Part shown: positions 19,546 through 29,019 of the stretch, piece by piece | Position numbering within the stretch: position 1 is the stretch's first letter | Layout: every line of letters starts with the position of its first letter | Assembly (NCBI GenBank): GCA_030603245.1 | Contig: JAUVYE010000002.1 | Location: 61 to 64,060 of the forward strand | Direction of reading: 5' to 3' | Origin: a bacterium | GTDB taxonomy: Bacteria; Patescibacteriota; Minisyncoccia; Minisyncoccales; DG-74-3 | Length of the DNA stretch: 64,000 nt | The notes under the pieces: model-generated | Seen by the model: only the letters and a program-made list of their open reading frames with translations | Database searches by the model: none | Told to the model about the DNA's origin: nothing | Translations under genes and position numbers: made by a program

Positions 19546-20426
19546 AGACTCTGATTTCGCTTATAGCGAAAAAAAAGAGTTGTTGTCCAATCCTACAGTA
19601 ATGTAGGAAATGTACGGCTAATAACGGTGGAGTTAGAATCGGTCTTCCTCTAAATGAGGTTTTGAATTCTAATAATACCGTGGGAAGTCGAGAGGATTAA
19701 ACAAACTATGATCAAATTAAACAACGAAGAAAAATCTATTCTTTTTGGTACTATTTTAGGAGATGCATATCTCCAAAAAACAGGAGAGAATAATGCTCGT
19801 CTCAGATTAGAGCACGGAGCAAAACAAAAGGATTATCTATTTTGGAAAGTTGAAAAATTAAAAAAGCTTTTTCAAGGAAAACCAAAATATCTTAAAAGAA
19901 TTCATCCTATTGCTAAAAAAGAATATAGATATTGGCGTCATCAATCTCAATCAACGCCATATCTTGGTAAAATCCATAAAATCTTTTATCCAAAAGGCAA
20001 AAAGCGAATTCCGCAAGAATTAAAGGAATATTTAAATCCTTTAGCTTTAGCAGTTTGGTATATGGATGATGGATATTACTATCAAAGAGATCGTTGCAGC
20101 TATCTTTATTTGGGTAATGTAACCCAAAAAGAGGCTAAAAACGTATCTCAGACAATATTGGAGAGATTTAATATTGCCAATCGTGTTTTAGCCAAGAAAA
20201 AGGGCTATGCAATATATTTTTCTCCGAAAGAAACATTGAAGTTAAAAGAAGTGATCAAAGACTATTTAATCGAACAATTAAGATATAAATTACCTCTCTG
20301 ACCCCGTAACGACTGAGGCTTTAATGCCAAGATGGTAGGTACCTGATAATCAGGAATTTAAACTACCATAATACGCCGTCCCCAATTAAATGTTGGGTGA
20401 AGATATAGTCTAATCGTAAAAGATTG
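19546..20426 (+). mobile_element. Group-I-type intron in 23S domain V (peptidyl-transferase centre)
   Basis: The 5' exon ends in U (GGGGAU), the intron ends in G (..AGATTG), and the 3' exon resumes AACAGGCT. The flanks rejoin the universal GGGGAUAACAGGC. Confidence 0.8.
19708..20301 (+). CDS. LAGLIDADG homing endonuclease (double-motif, monomer type)
   Basis: 197 aa. LFGTILGDAYL and LAVWYMDDGYY motifs. Lies wholly inside the 23S intron. Confidence 0.85.
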   Translation: MIKLNNEEKSILFGTILGDAYLQKTGENNARLRLEHGAKQKDYLFWKVEKLKKLFQGKPKYLKRIHPIAKKEYRYWRHQSQSTPYLGKIHKIFYPKGKKRIPQELKEYLNPLALAVWYMDDGYYYQRDRCSYLYLGNVTQKEAKNVSQTILERFNIANRVLAKKKGYAIYFSPKETLKLKEVIKDYLIEQLRYKLPL

Positions 20427-20470
20427 AACAGGCTAGTCGGGCCCGCGAGTCCACATCAACGGCTCGGTTC

Positions 20471-20501
<31 letters not shown>

Positions 20502-20552
20502 AGGTGGAGAAGCTTCCAAGGGTTTGGCTGTTCGCCAATTAAAGTGGTACGT

Positions 20553-20587
<35 letters not shown>

Positions 20588-20714
20588 CCTATCTACTGCA
20601 GGCGTTTTGAATCTTGAGGAGAGTTCTCACTAGTACGAGAGGACCGTGAGGAACTGACCTCTGGTGTACCAGCTGTCTTGCCAAAGGCATTGCTGGGTAG
20701 CTAAGTCGGGAACT

Positions 20715-20745
<31 letters not shown>

Positions 20746-20895
20746 AGACTCCAAGATTAGGATTCTTTTGAGGCTGGTTGGAGACTACAACCTTGATAGG
20801 ACACAGGTGTAAGCTCAGTAATGAGTTAAGCCGAGTGTTACTAATAAGCCGAATAGTTTCTTGGCTAGCAATTAATGACCATTTTGAAAAGGCGT

Positions 20896-21010
20896 TTTGG
20901 TGGCGGTAATACTAGGGTTGTTCCACCTCTTCCCATTCCGAACAGAGAAGTGAAATACTCTAAGGCCGATGATAGTGCTTTGCGCGAAAGTAGGTAGCCG
21001 CCACCAAAGC
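20896..21010 (+). rRNA. rrf: 5S rRNA
   Basis: TTTGGTGGCGG..CCCATTCCGAACAGAGAAGT..GCCGATGATAGT..GTAGGTAGCCGCCACCAAAGC with terminal helix complementarity. Confidence 0.9.
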
Positions 21011-21056
21011 GCCTTTTTCATTGGAAAAAAAGTGAAATTTTGATATATATATATTA

Positions 21057-21851
21057 ATGAAGATAAATCTAAGAATTCAAAAAGCAGTAATATTGTTTTT
21101 AATTATTGTTTTTTTTATTTCTTTTAATCGTTCTCTACTTCCCAAGAAGCTTAAGAATTCTTTTTATCTTTTTTCTCAACCAATCCAAAAAGTTTTATGG
21201 GAAACAGGAGATAAAATTTCTGATTTTTTGGGAACTATTTTTGAGATTGAAAACTTAAAACAAGAAAACAAACAACTTAGATTAACAATTTTAGAATTAT
21301 TGGGTGATAATTTAAGAATAAAAGAGCTTGAAAAAGAAAATCTTGTTCTTAGACAAGCTTTGGATTTAGGAATAGAGAAAGAACTTAAATTAGAAATAGC
21401 AGATATTATTGGAAAAGATATTTCTCAGGATTCTATTTTAATTAATAAAGGATATGAAGATGGTTTTTCAAAAGATTTAATAATAATAACTCAGCAGAAA
21501 ATTTTGGTTGGAAGAATTTGCGAAGTTTATGAAAATTTTTCAAAAGTAATCTTGCTTTCAAACAAAGAGAGCTTTTTAGACGTTGAAATTGAAAACAAAG
21601 AAATTGAGGGTTTAGTAAAAGGCAAAGGAGATTTTAACCTTTGGCTTGAACTTATTCCTAAAGAAAAAGAAATAGAACAAGGAGACATTATTGTAACCAG
21701 TTCTTTGAGTGGAATTTATCCACAAGGCCTTTTGGTTGGTGAGGTAAAAGAGATTAAAAAGCAAGACCCTGAGCCATTTCAAACAGCAATTATTAATCCA
21801 TTTTTTAATATTAAAGAAACAAAAACCATTTTTATTGTTATTGATTTTTAA
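21057..21851 (+). CDS. mreC: Rod shape-determining protein MreC
   Basis: 264 aa. N-terminal TM, coiled coil (ENLKQENKQLR), C-terminal beta-barrel region ..GIYPQGLLVGEV. Followed by mreD and PBP2. Confidence 0.8.
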   Translation: MKINLRIQKAVILFLIIVFFISFNRSLLPKKLKNSFYLFSQPIQKVLWETGDKISDFLGTIFEIENLKQENKQLRLTILELLGDNLRIKELEKENLVLRQALDLGIEKELKLEIADIIGKDISQDSILINKGYEDGFSKDLIIITQQKILVGRICEVYENFSKVILLSNKESFLDVEIENKEIEGLVKGKGDFNLWLELIPKEKEIEQGDIIVTSSLSGIYPQGLLVGEVKEIKKQDPEPFQTAIINPFFNIKETKTIFIVIDF

Positions 21852-22159
21852 TGAAAAAAATTCTTTTTTTAATTATATTTTTTTACATAATATCTTTATT
21901 AGAAACCAGTTTTTTTATTCATTTTAATTTTTTTCGTTTTTCCCCTAATATTATTTTAATTTTTCAAATTTTAATTACTCTTTTTGAAGATCCCAACAAA
22001 AATTTAGCCATTTTTTCTGCAGTTTCAGCTGGATTTTTTTGGGACATCTTTTCTGAGAATCCAATTGGTTTTAGTATTTTAATTTTACTTTCAATCTCTG
22101 TTTTTTTAAAAATAGTCTTAAGAAAATATGTTCGAATTCCGATTCTCAAGCAATTTTAA
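21851..22159 (+). CDS. mreD: MreD-like small membrane protein
   Basis: 102 aa, three hydrophobic helices. Sits between mreC and the PBP2 gene. Confidence 0.55.
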   Translation: MKKILFLIIFFYIISLLETSFFIHFNFFRFSPNIILIFQILITLFEDPNKNLAIFSAVSAGFFWDIFSENPIGFSILILLSISVFLKIVLRKYVRIPILKQF

Positions 22160-24074
22160 GAAAAGAAAAATTCGAAGAATTTTTGATCTTGAACCTCAAG
22201 AGATTCTTTTGGATAAATTGGCTCAGAAAAAAACAGAGAAATTAGGTGTGTTTCAGGTTCCTCTTTCTAAAAATATTTTACAACTAACATATTTTCTTTT
22301 CTTGATTTTATTTTTTATTCTTTTTTATAAGACTTTTCAGCTTCAAATAATTCAGGGAGAAGAGTTTTCAGCTTTGGCTGAAAGAAATAAATTCATCATT
22401 TATCAAATTAAAGCTACTCGAGGAATAATTTATGATCAGAAAATGGAGCAATTAGTTTTTAATAAGCCGAGTTTTGACCTATTTTGTTACAAAAACGATC
22501 TTCCGCAAAAAGAATCTGAAAAAATAAGTGTTTTAAAGGAAATAGCTGAAATTCTAAATCAAGATTTTGAAGAATTAAAGGAAAAAATTGAAAAGAGCAA
22601 TCAAGCTCAATTTTTAATTTCAGAAAATCTTGCTCACCAAGAACTAATAATATTAGAAACAAAAGCTAAAGAATTGCCCGGCTTTCAAGTTGAGCGAAAT
22701 TCAATTAGAGAATATGTAGATGGAGATGTTTTTGCTAATTTAATTGGTTATCTGGGAAAGATTAAAAGTTCGGAATTGCAACAGGAGCTCGAATTTTATT
22801 CAATTAATGATTACGTTGGAAGAGATAGTTTAGAGCTTTATTATGAAGATATTTTGCGTAAAAATGCAGGAAAGCTTCAGATTGAAAGAGATGCTTTGGG
22901 GAATATAATATCAAGAGAGATAACTCAATTTCCAAAGCCAGGGAAAAGCTTAGTTTTATGGATAGACGCAGATTTACAAAGGAAAATTACCAATCAACTA
23001 CAAGAAAAGCTTAAAGAAATTGGAGCTCAAAAAGCAGTTGGTATTGCCTTAAATCCCAAGACTGGAGGGGTTTTGGCCTTAGTCTCTTTACCATCGTTTA
23101 ATAACAATTTGTTTCAAAAAGGCGCAGATTCTGAAGCTCTTAAGAATCTTTTAGAAGATCCTTTTGAACTCGAACCTCTTTTTAATCGGGCAATAGCTGG
23201 GATTGGCTATCCAACTGGGTCTGTAATTAAACCCTTCATTGCTTCAGCTGCTTTAGAAGAGAAAATAATTAGTCCAGAGAAAAATATTAATTGTCAGGGT
23301 GAAATTGTGATTGAGAATCCTTGGTATGATGCTGAAGATCCAGAATCAGGCCAGGAAAAATGGATTTATCATGATTGGACAATCCATGGTTGGACTGATT
23401 TAAAAAAAGCCATTGCTCAATCCTGTAATATCTATTTTTATCGTGTCGGAGGAGGTTATAAAGAACAAAAAGGTTTGGGGGCAGAAAGAATTGAAGATTA
23501 TCTTCAGCTTTTTGGTTGGGGAGAGAAAACTGGAATTGATTTAATCGGAGAGGGTAAAGGCATTTTGCCAACAATAGACAGTGAGTGGCGTTTAGGAGAT
23601 ACATATCATTTGTCTATTGGTCAAGGAGCTTTTGCTGTTACTCCTATTCAAGTAGCTAATGCTTTTGCAGCTATAGCTAATAATGGCAGTCTTTATTATC
23701 CTCAGATTGTTCAGAAGATTGTTGATACTTCGGAAGGTTTCACCAAGATTGTGGAAGAAGTTGAACCAAAACTTATTCGGGAAAACTTTATTAATTCTGA
23801 AAATCTTGAAATTGTTAAACAGGGAATGCGCCAGGCAGTGACCAATGGCTCTGCAACTGGCTGGCTTGATTTTTTACCAGTTGAAGTAGCTGCTAAAACA
23901 GGAACTGCTCAAACTGAAAGAACTAATTATTATCATAACTGGATTGTTTCTTTTGCGCCTTATGAAGAACCCGAGATTGTCTTGCTTATTGCAATCCTGG
24001 ATGTTAAAGAAATACGAGCAGCTGCTTTACCAGTAGCCAGGGATATTTTACAATGGTATTTTACCCGAGAATAA
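22128..24074 (+). CDS. mrdA: Penicillin-binding protein 2 (class B transpeptidase)
   Basis: 648 aa. SxxK (GSVIKP), SxN (QSCN) and KTG (KTGTA) motifs. Confidence 0.85.
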   Translation: MFEFRFSSNFKKRKIRRIFDLEPQEILLDKLAQKKTEKLGVFQVPLSKNILQLTYFLFLILFFILFYKTFQLQIIQGEEFSALAERNKFIIYQIKATRGIIYDQKMEQLVFNKPSFDLFCYKNDLPQKESEKISVLKEIAEILNQDFEELKEKIEKSNQAQFLISENLAHQELIILETKAKELPGFQVERNSIREYVDGDVFANLIGYLGKIKSSELQQELEFYSINDYVGRDSLELYYEDILRKNAGKLQIERDALGNIISREITQFPKPGKSLVLWIDADLQRKITNQLQEKLKEIGAQKAVGIALNPKTGGVLALVSLPSFNNNLFQKGADSEALKNLLEDPFELEPLFNRAIAGIGYPTGSVIKPFIASAALEEKIISPEKNINCQGEIVIENPWYDAEDPESGQEKWIYHDWTIHGWTDLKKAIAQSCNIYFYRVGGGYKEQKGLGAERIEDYLQLFGWGEKTGIDLIGEGKGILPTIDSEWRLGDTYHLSIGQGAFAVTPIQVANAFAAIANNGSLYYPQIVQKIVDTSEGFTKIVEEVEPKLIRENFINSENLEIVKQGMRQAVTNGSATGWLDFLPVEVAAKTGTAQTERTNYYHNWIVSFAPYEEPEIVLLIAILDVKEIRAAALPVARDILQWYFTRE

Positions 24075-24078
24075 AAAC

Positions 24079-24537
24079 ATGAAAAAGAAGAATTATTTAA
24101 CTCAAGATGGGCTTAAAAAGCTGAAAAAAGAATTGGCTTATCTGAAAAATATTAAAAGAAAAGAGATTGCTCAAAGATTAAAAAAAGCAATTTCTTTTGG
24201 TGATTTATCAGAAAATGCAGCTTATGTCGAAGCAAAGGATGCTCAAGCTTTTTTAGAGGGCAAAATTTTAAAATTAAGAAAAATTATTGGTTCAGCCGAG
24301 ATTATTAAAAAAGAAAAATCAGATAAAGTGAAAATTGGCTCTATTGTTAGAGTTATGTTTGAAGGCCAGGAGTTTAATTTTGAGATAGTTGGTGAACTAG
24401 AAGCAAACCCTTTAGATAATAAAATTTCTTACAAATCTCCCTTGGGTTCTGCTTTGTTTGGACAAAAAAAGGGAAAAGAAATTAATATTAATATTGGTGA
24501 TAGAAAAATCAAATATAAAATTTTAAACATAGATTAA
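24079..24537 (+). CDS. greA: Transcription elongation factor GreA
   Basis: 152 aa. LTQDGLKKLKKEL..FGDLSENAAYVEAK coiled-coil finger motif. Confidence 0.9.
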   Translation: MKKKNYLTQDGLKKLKKELAYLKNIKRKEIAQRLKKAISFGDLSENAAYVEAKDAQAFLEGKILKLRKIIGSAEIIKKEKSDKVKIGSIVRVMFEGQEFNFEIVGELEANPLDNKISYKSPLGSALFGQKKGKEININIGDRKIKYKILNID

Positions 24538-24576
24538 AGTTGTTTTTAAGTTAAAAAAAATATAAAATAGAGAAAT

Positions 24577-26019
24577 ATGGCACAAATAGATAATATACGG
24601 AAAATAAGGGAAAAGAAACTTAGCCGAATCAGAGAAGCGGGCCACAATCCTTTTCCGTCAAAAAACAAAAGAACCCATACAATTTCTCAAGCTTTAGAGA
24701 ATTCTTCAAAGAAAAAGAACTTAGTGTTGGTGGGAAGAATTATGGCTCAAAGAGGACATGGTGGTTCAAGTTTTTTTGATATTCAAGATGGAACAGGTAA
24801 AATTCAAGCTTTTCTTAAAAAAGATGTGGTAGGAAAAAAGCAATATAGTTTTTTTATAGATAATTTTGATATTGGAGATATTGTTGAAATAAAAGGAAAT
24901 TTCTTTAAAACCAAGCAAGGTGAAAAAACCATTGAAGTTAAAGGATTTAGGATTTTAACTAAAAGTTTATTGCCTTTGCCTGAAAAATGGCATGGTTTAA
25001 AAGATTTAGAAGAAAGATACAGAAAAAGATACTTAGATTTATTGCTTAATAAAGAATTAAGAGAGATTTTTATCAAAAAAGCCAAGTTTTGGGATGTGAC
25101 CAGAGATTTTATGAAAAGAAATGGATTTTTTGAAGTTGAAACTCCTAGCTTGGAAATAACTACTGGAGGAGCTGAAGCAAATCCATTTAAAACTCATCAT
25201 GATGATTTTGATATAGATGTATATTTAAGAATATCAGTTGGTGAATTGTGGCAGAAAAGATTAATGGCTGCTGGTTTTGAAAAAACTTTTGAGATTGGCA
25301 AAATTTACAGGAACGAAGGTTCAAGCCCAGACCATTTACAAGAGTTTACTAATATGGAGTTTTATTGGGCTTATGCTGATTATAATGATGGAATGGAGTT
25401 AACCAAGAAACTATTTCAAGAAATAGCTAAAAAAGTATTTGGAACAACTAAGTTTGGGTCAAGGGGTTATAAATATGATTTAGCTTCCAAATGGAAACAA
25501 GTTGATTATCAAAAAGAGGTTTTGAAGCAAACAGGAATTGATATTTTAAAAGCTTCAGAAAAAGAAATAAAGAGTAAACTTAAGGAGTTAAAAATAAAGT
25601 ATGAGAAAGGCAGTAAAGCAAGATTGGTTGATAGTCTTTGGAAATATTGTAGAAAAAATATTTGTGGACCAGCTTTTTTAGTCAATCATCCTAAATTTGT
25701 TTCTCCTTTAGCTAAAGAAAAAGAAAATGCCCCTGGACTAACCGAGAGATTCCAGATTATTTTAGCTGGTTCTGAGGTTGGTAATGGTTATTCAGAGCTT
25801 AATGATCCTATTGATCAGAGAAAAAGGTTTGAAGAACAGCAAAAATTATTAAAAGCAGGAGAAAAAGAAGCCATGATGCCAGACTGGGAGTTTGTTGAAA
25901 TGTTAGAACATGGGATGCCACCTACTTGTGGATTTGGATTTGGAGAAAGATTTTTTGCTCTTTTGATTAGCAAACCAATCAGAGAAACAACATTATTTCC
26001 CTTAATGAAACCCCGTTAG
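24577..26019 (+). CDS. lysS: Lysine--tRNA ligase (class II)
   Basis: 480 aa. OB-fold N-domain, then YRNEG, ..FTNMEFY.. and GFGFGERF class II motifs. Confidence 0.9.
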   Translation: MAQIDNIRKIREKKLSRIREAGHNPFPSKNKRTHTISQALENSSKKKNLVLVGRIMAQRGHGGSSFFDIQDGTGKIQAFLKKDVVGKKQYSFFIDNFDIGDIVEIKGNFFKTKQGEKTIEVKGFRILTKSLLPLPEKWHGLKDLEERYRKRYLDLLLNKELREIFIKKAKFWDVTRDFMKRNGFFEVETPSLEITTGGAEANPFKTHHDDFDIDVYLRISVGELWQKRLMAAGFEKTFEIGKIYRNEGSSPDHLQEFTNMEFYWAYADYNDGMELTKKLFQEIAKKVFGTTKFGSRGYKYDLASKWKQVDYQKEVLKQTGIDILKASEKEIKSKLKELKIKYEKGSKARLVDSLWKYCRKNICGPAFLVNHPKFVSPLAKEKENAPGLTERFQIILAGSEVGNGYSELNDPIDQRKRFEEQQKLLKAGEKEAMMPDWEFVEMLEHGMPPTCGFGFGERFFALLISKPIRETTLFPLMKPR

Positions 26020-26092
26020 AAATTTTTAAAGTCTACTCATATTTACAATTTTTAGACAAATATTAATTTTCTAACGGGGTGAAACCTAAAAA

Positions 26093-26644
26093 ATGAACAG
26101 AGAACAGGCATTAAAATTAGTTGAGGAAAAAATTAAGAACAAAAATCTTGTTAAGCATTGTTTGGCTACAGAGGTTTGTATGAAGGCATTAGCTTCTCAT
26201 TTTGAAGAGGATAGAGAAAAATGGGGATTGGCTGGTCTTTTGCATGATATAGATTATGAAGAAACAAAAGACAATCCTAATCAACATTCTATTTTAGGGG
26301 CTGAAATGCTTGAGAAATTGGGAGTGGATAAAGAAATTGTTGATGCAGTGAAAACGCATAACGAGATGCACGGAATCTCGCCACAAACATTAATGGCTAA
26401 AACTTTATTTTGTTTAGATCCTTTAACGGGTTTGATTGTGGCTACTACTTTGGTTTTACCTGACAGAAAAATACAAAACGTGAGTGTTGAAAATGTTTTG
26501 AATCGTTTTAAAGAAAAAGCTTTTGCCAGGGGAGCTAATCGGGAGATTATTCAAAAATGTTCTGATATTGATTTGGGTTTAGAAGATTTTGTTGGAATTT
26601 GCTTAAAAGCAATGCAGAAAATTAGTACTGATTTGGGACTATAG
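26093..26644 (+). CDS. HD-domain phosphohydrolase
   Basis: 183 aa. H..LLHDIDYE metal-binding motif. Confidence 0.7.
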   Translation: MNREQALKLVEEKIKNKNLVKHCLATEVCMKALASHFEEDREKWGLAGLLHDIDYEETKDNPNQHSILGAEMLEKLGVDKEIVDAVKTHNEMHGISPQTLMAKTLFCLDPLTGLIVATTLVLPDRKIQNVSVENVLNRFKEKAFARGANREIIQKCSDIDLGLEDFVGICLKAMQKISTDLGL

Positions 26645-26651
26645 TGTGCCA

Positions 26652-26680
26652 TTGACAATGTTTTTGCTGGTTAATATAAT
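26652..26680 (+). promoter_or_regulatory. Consensus sigma-70 promoter of the serS leader (TTGACA-17-TATAAT)
   Basis: Perfect hexamers read directly. Confidence 0.7.
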
Positions 26681-26686
26681 AGAAAA

Positions 26687-26937
26687 CAGTTTATTAAAAA
26701 CTGAATAATCCCAAAAGGCAATGAAGAGGGGTTTTCCCCCCTCTGAGCCGGCAGGGAAAACACATATGTGATTAACCTGGCCCGGGTTCGCCCGTTACAG
26801 CGAGAGCAGAGTTTACTGCATTAAAAGCAAAGAACTCTCAGAGGCAATTTTGGTGACATAATTGTGAAACAAGGTGGTATCGCGGAATTGAAAGCTCGCC
26901 CTTGAAAAATATTATTAATTTTTAGGGGCGAGTTTTT
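26687..26937 (+). promoter_or_regulatory. T-box-type leader with terminator upstream of serS
   Basis: AACAAGGTGGTATCGCGG matches the T-box core (GGTGGTACCGCG, 11 of 12). It is followed by CTCGCCC..GGGCGAG-TTTTT at 26895..26937. The upstream 180 nt is GC-rich and hairpin-rich, including an 8-bp CCTCTGAG/CTCAGAGG pairing. Confidence 0.6.
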
Positions 26938-26980
26938 ATGTTAAAATAAATAAAAGAAAACTAACCCCTTAGACAAAAAT

Positions 26981-28243
26981 ATGTTAGACATTAAATTTAT
27001 TCGTGAAAATCCTCAAAAAGTTAAACAGGGAGCAGCTAAAAAGCAAATCAAAATAGATATTGATCAGCTTTTGCTTCAAGATAAAAAAAAGAGAGAAATT
27101 TTAGGAGAATTAGAGAGATTAAGGGCTGAACAGAACAAAATTTCTGACAAAGTAGGTAAGGAGAAGAATAAAAGTAATAAAAAGAAATTAATTAATCAAG
27201 CTCAAAAAATAAGAGAGAAAACTAAGATTCTTGAGGCAAAACTAAAAAAAGTTTCAGAAAAGTTTGATGAATTAATGCGTAAAATTCCCAACCTTCCTCT
27301 TGATGGGGTACCTGCTGGAAAAGATGATTCTGACAATAAAGTTTTGAGGAAAGTAGGGGATTTGCCAAAGTTTGACTTTAAGCCCAAAGACCATTTAGAT
27401 TTAGGGGAAGCTCTTGATTTGATTGATGTTAAAAGAGCAGGAAAGACTTCTGGGAGCAGGTTTGGTTTTTTGAAGAAAGAGGCAGCCCAATTACAATTTG
27501 CTTTAATCAATTTTGGTTTAGAGATTTTACTAAAACATGGTTTTGTTTTGGTTATTCCTCCAGTAATGCTTAAGCCAGAAATGATGGAAGGAATGGGTTA
27601 TGTAGAAAGGGGTGGAGAAGAAATATATTTTCTTAAAAAAGATAATCTTTATTTAATTGGAACATCAGAGCAGATTATTGGACCCATGCATTCTAATGAA
27701 GTTTTAGATAAATCAGAGCTACCTAAAAGATATGTTGGTTTTTCCACTTGTTTTAGAAGAGAAGCAGGTTCTTATGGAAAAGATACTAGAGGTATTTTAA
27801 GGGTTCATCAGTTTGATAAGTTAGAAATGTTTACTTTTACTCATCCTGATAAATCCAAAGAAGAACATGAATTGATGTTGTCTATTGAAGAAGAGTTCGT
27901 GCAGGCTCTAAAGCTTCCATATCAAGTGATAAACATTTGTGCTGGAGATTTAGGAGATTCAGCTGCTAAAAAATATGATATTGAAGTTTGGATGCCTGGC
28001 CAGAACGAATATAGGGAAACTCATTCTACTTCAAACTGTACTGATTTTCAGGCAAGGAGATTAAATATCAGATTTAAAAATAAAAAAGGCAAGTTAGAAT
28101 TTGTTCATATGTTGAATGGAACTGCCTTGGCTATGGGGAGAATGATTATTGCAATAATGGAGAATTACCAGCAAAAAGATGGTTCTATTATTATTCCTGA
28201 TGTTTTACAAAAATACATGGGAATTAAAAAGATTGTTAAGTAA
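26981..28243 (+). CDS. serS: Serine--tRNA ligase
   Basis: 420 aa. N-terminal coiled-coil arm, FRREAGS, ..TSNCTDFQARR.., GTALA. Confidence 0.9.
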   Translation: MLDIKFIRENPQKVKQGAAKKQIKIDIDQLLLQDKKKREILGELERLRAEQNKISDKVGKEKNKSNKKKLINQAQKIREKTKILEAKLKKVSEKFDELMRKIPNLPLDGVPAGKDDSDNKVLRKVGDLPKFDFKPKDHLDLGEALDLIDVKRAGKTSGSRFGFLKKEAAQLQFALINFGLEILLKHGFVLVIPPVMLKPEMMEGMGYVERGGEEIYFLKKDNLYLIGTSEQIIGPMHSNEVLDKSELPKRYVGFSTCFRREAGSYGKDTRGILRVHQFDKLEMFTFTHPDKSKEEHELMLSIEEEFVQALKLPYQVINICAGDLGDSAAKKYDIEVWMPGQNEYRETHSTSNCTDFQARRLNIRFKNKKGKLEFVHMLNGTALAMGRMIIAIMENYQQKDGSIIIPDVLQKYMGIKKIVK

Positions 28244-29019
28244 TGGAAAAAATTGTTTTTGTTGATAACTTAAAAATTAATCTCAAGGTAGTCGGACAAG
28301 GAGAGCCGGTTTTAATTTTGCATGGTTGGGGTAGCTCTATTAAGTCTTGGTTAAGGGTTCAAGAGTTTTTGGCTGAAAAAGGTTTTAAAGTTGTTGTTCC
28401 CGATTTACCAGGATTTGGGGAGAGTTCAGTGCCTGAAAAAGCTTGGACAGTTCTTGATTATAAGAATTTCATTATTCGGTTTGCAGAAAAGATAGGACTC
28501 AATCAATTTTCTCTTTTGGGTCATTCATTTGGTGGCAGAATATCAATAAAATTTGCCCAAAAACACCCAGAGAAGATAAAATCGCTTATTTTGTGTAATT
28601 CATCTGGTATTAAGTTGCAATTAGACCAAAAAACAAAAATAATTTATTCTTTGAGCAGATTGGGCAACACCTTATTTTCTAAAAGACTATTGTCAAAGTT
28701 CAGAAAATTTGTCAAAAAAATATTTTATTTTTTCTTGCGCCATAAAGATTACGTTAAAGCTAATAAAATTATGCGCAAGACTTTAAAATTAGTTATTAAT
28801 GAAGATCTTTTGCCAGCACTTTCTCAGATTAAAACCAGAACACTTATAATTTGGGGAGAAAAAGATGATATGGTGCCTTTAAAAGCAGCTTACATTTTCA
28901 AAGAAAAAATCCCTAATTCAGAGTTAAAAGTCTTTCCTAATGTGAAACATAGTCCTCATCGAGAAATACCAGAAGAGCTATCAAAAACTATTGATAATTT
29001 TCTTAAAGCAGCTAAATGA
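28243..29019 (+). CDS. Alpha/beta-fold hydrolase
   Basis: 258 aa. HGWGSS oxyanion region, GHSFGG nucleophile elbow, C-terminal His. Confidence 0.7.
   Translation: MEKIVFVDNLKINLKVVGQGEPVLILHGWGSSIKSWLRVQEFLAEKGFKVVVPDLPGFGESSVPEKAWTVLDYKNFIIRFAEKIGLNQFSLLGHSFGGRISIKFAQKHPEKIKSLILCNSSGIKLQLDQKTKIIYSLSRLGNTLFSKRLLSKFRKFVKKIFYFFLRHKDYVKANKIMRKTLKLVINEDLLPALSQIKTRTLIIWGEKDDMVPLKAAYIFKEKIPNSELKVFPNVKHSPHREIPEELSKTIDNFLKAAK

Noticed and set aside
22128-22159. The 32-nt overlap between mreD and the PBP2 gene as a sign of a mis-called start
   Set aside because: No alternative in-frame Met exists for about 100 codons downstream, and the N-terminal basic-then-TM layout is normal for class B PBPs, so I kept the overlap.
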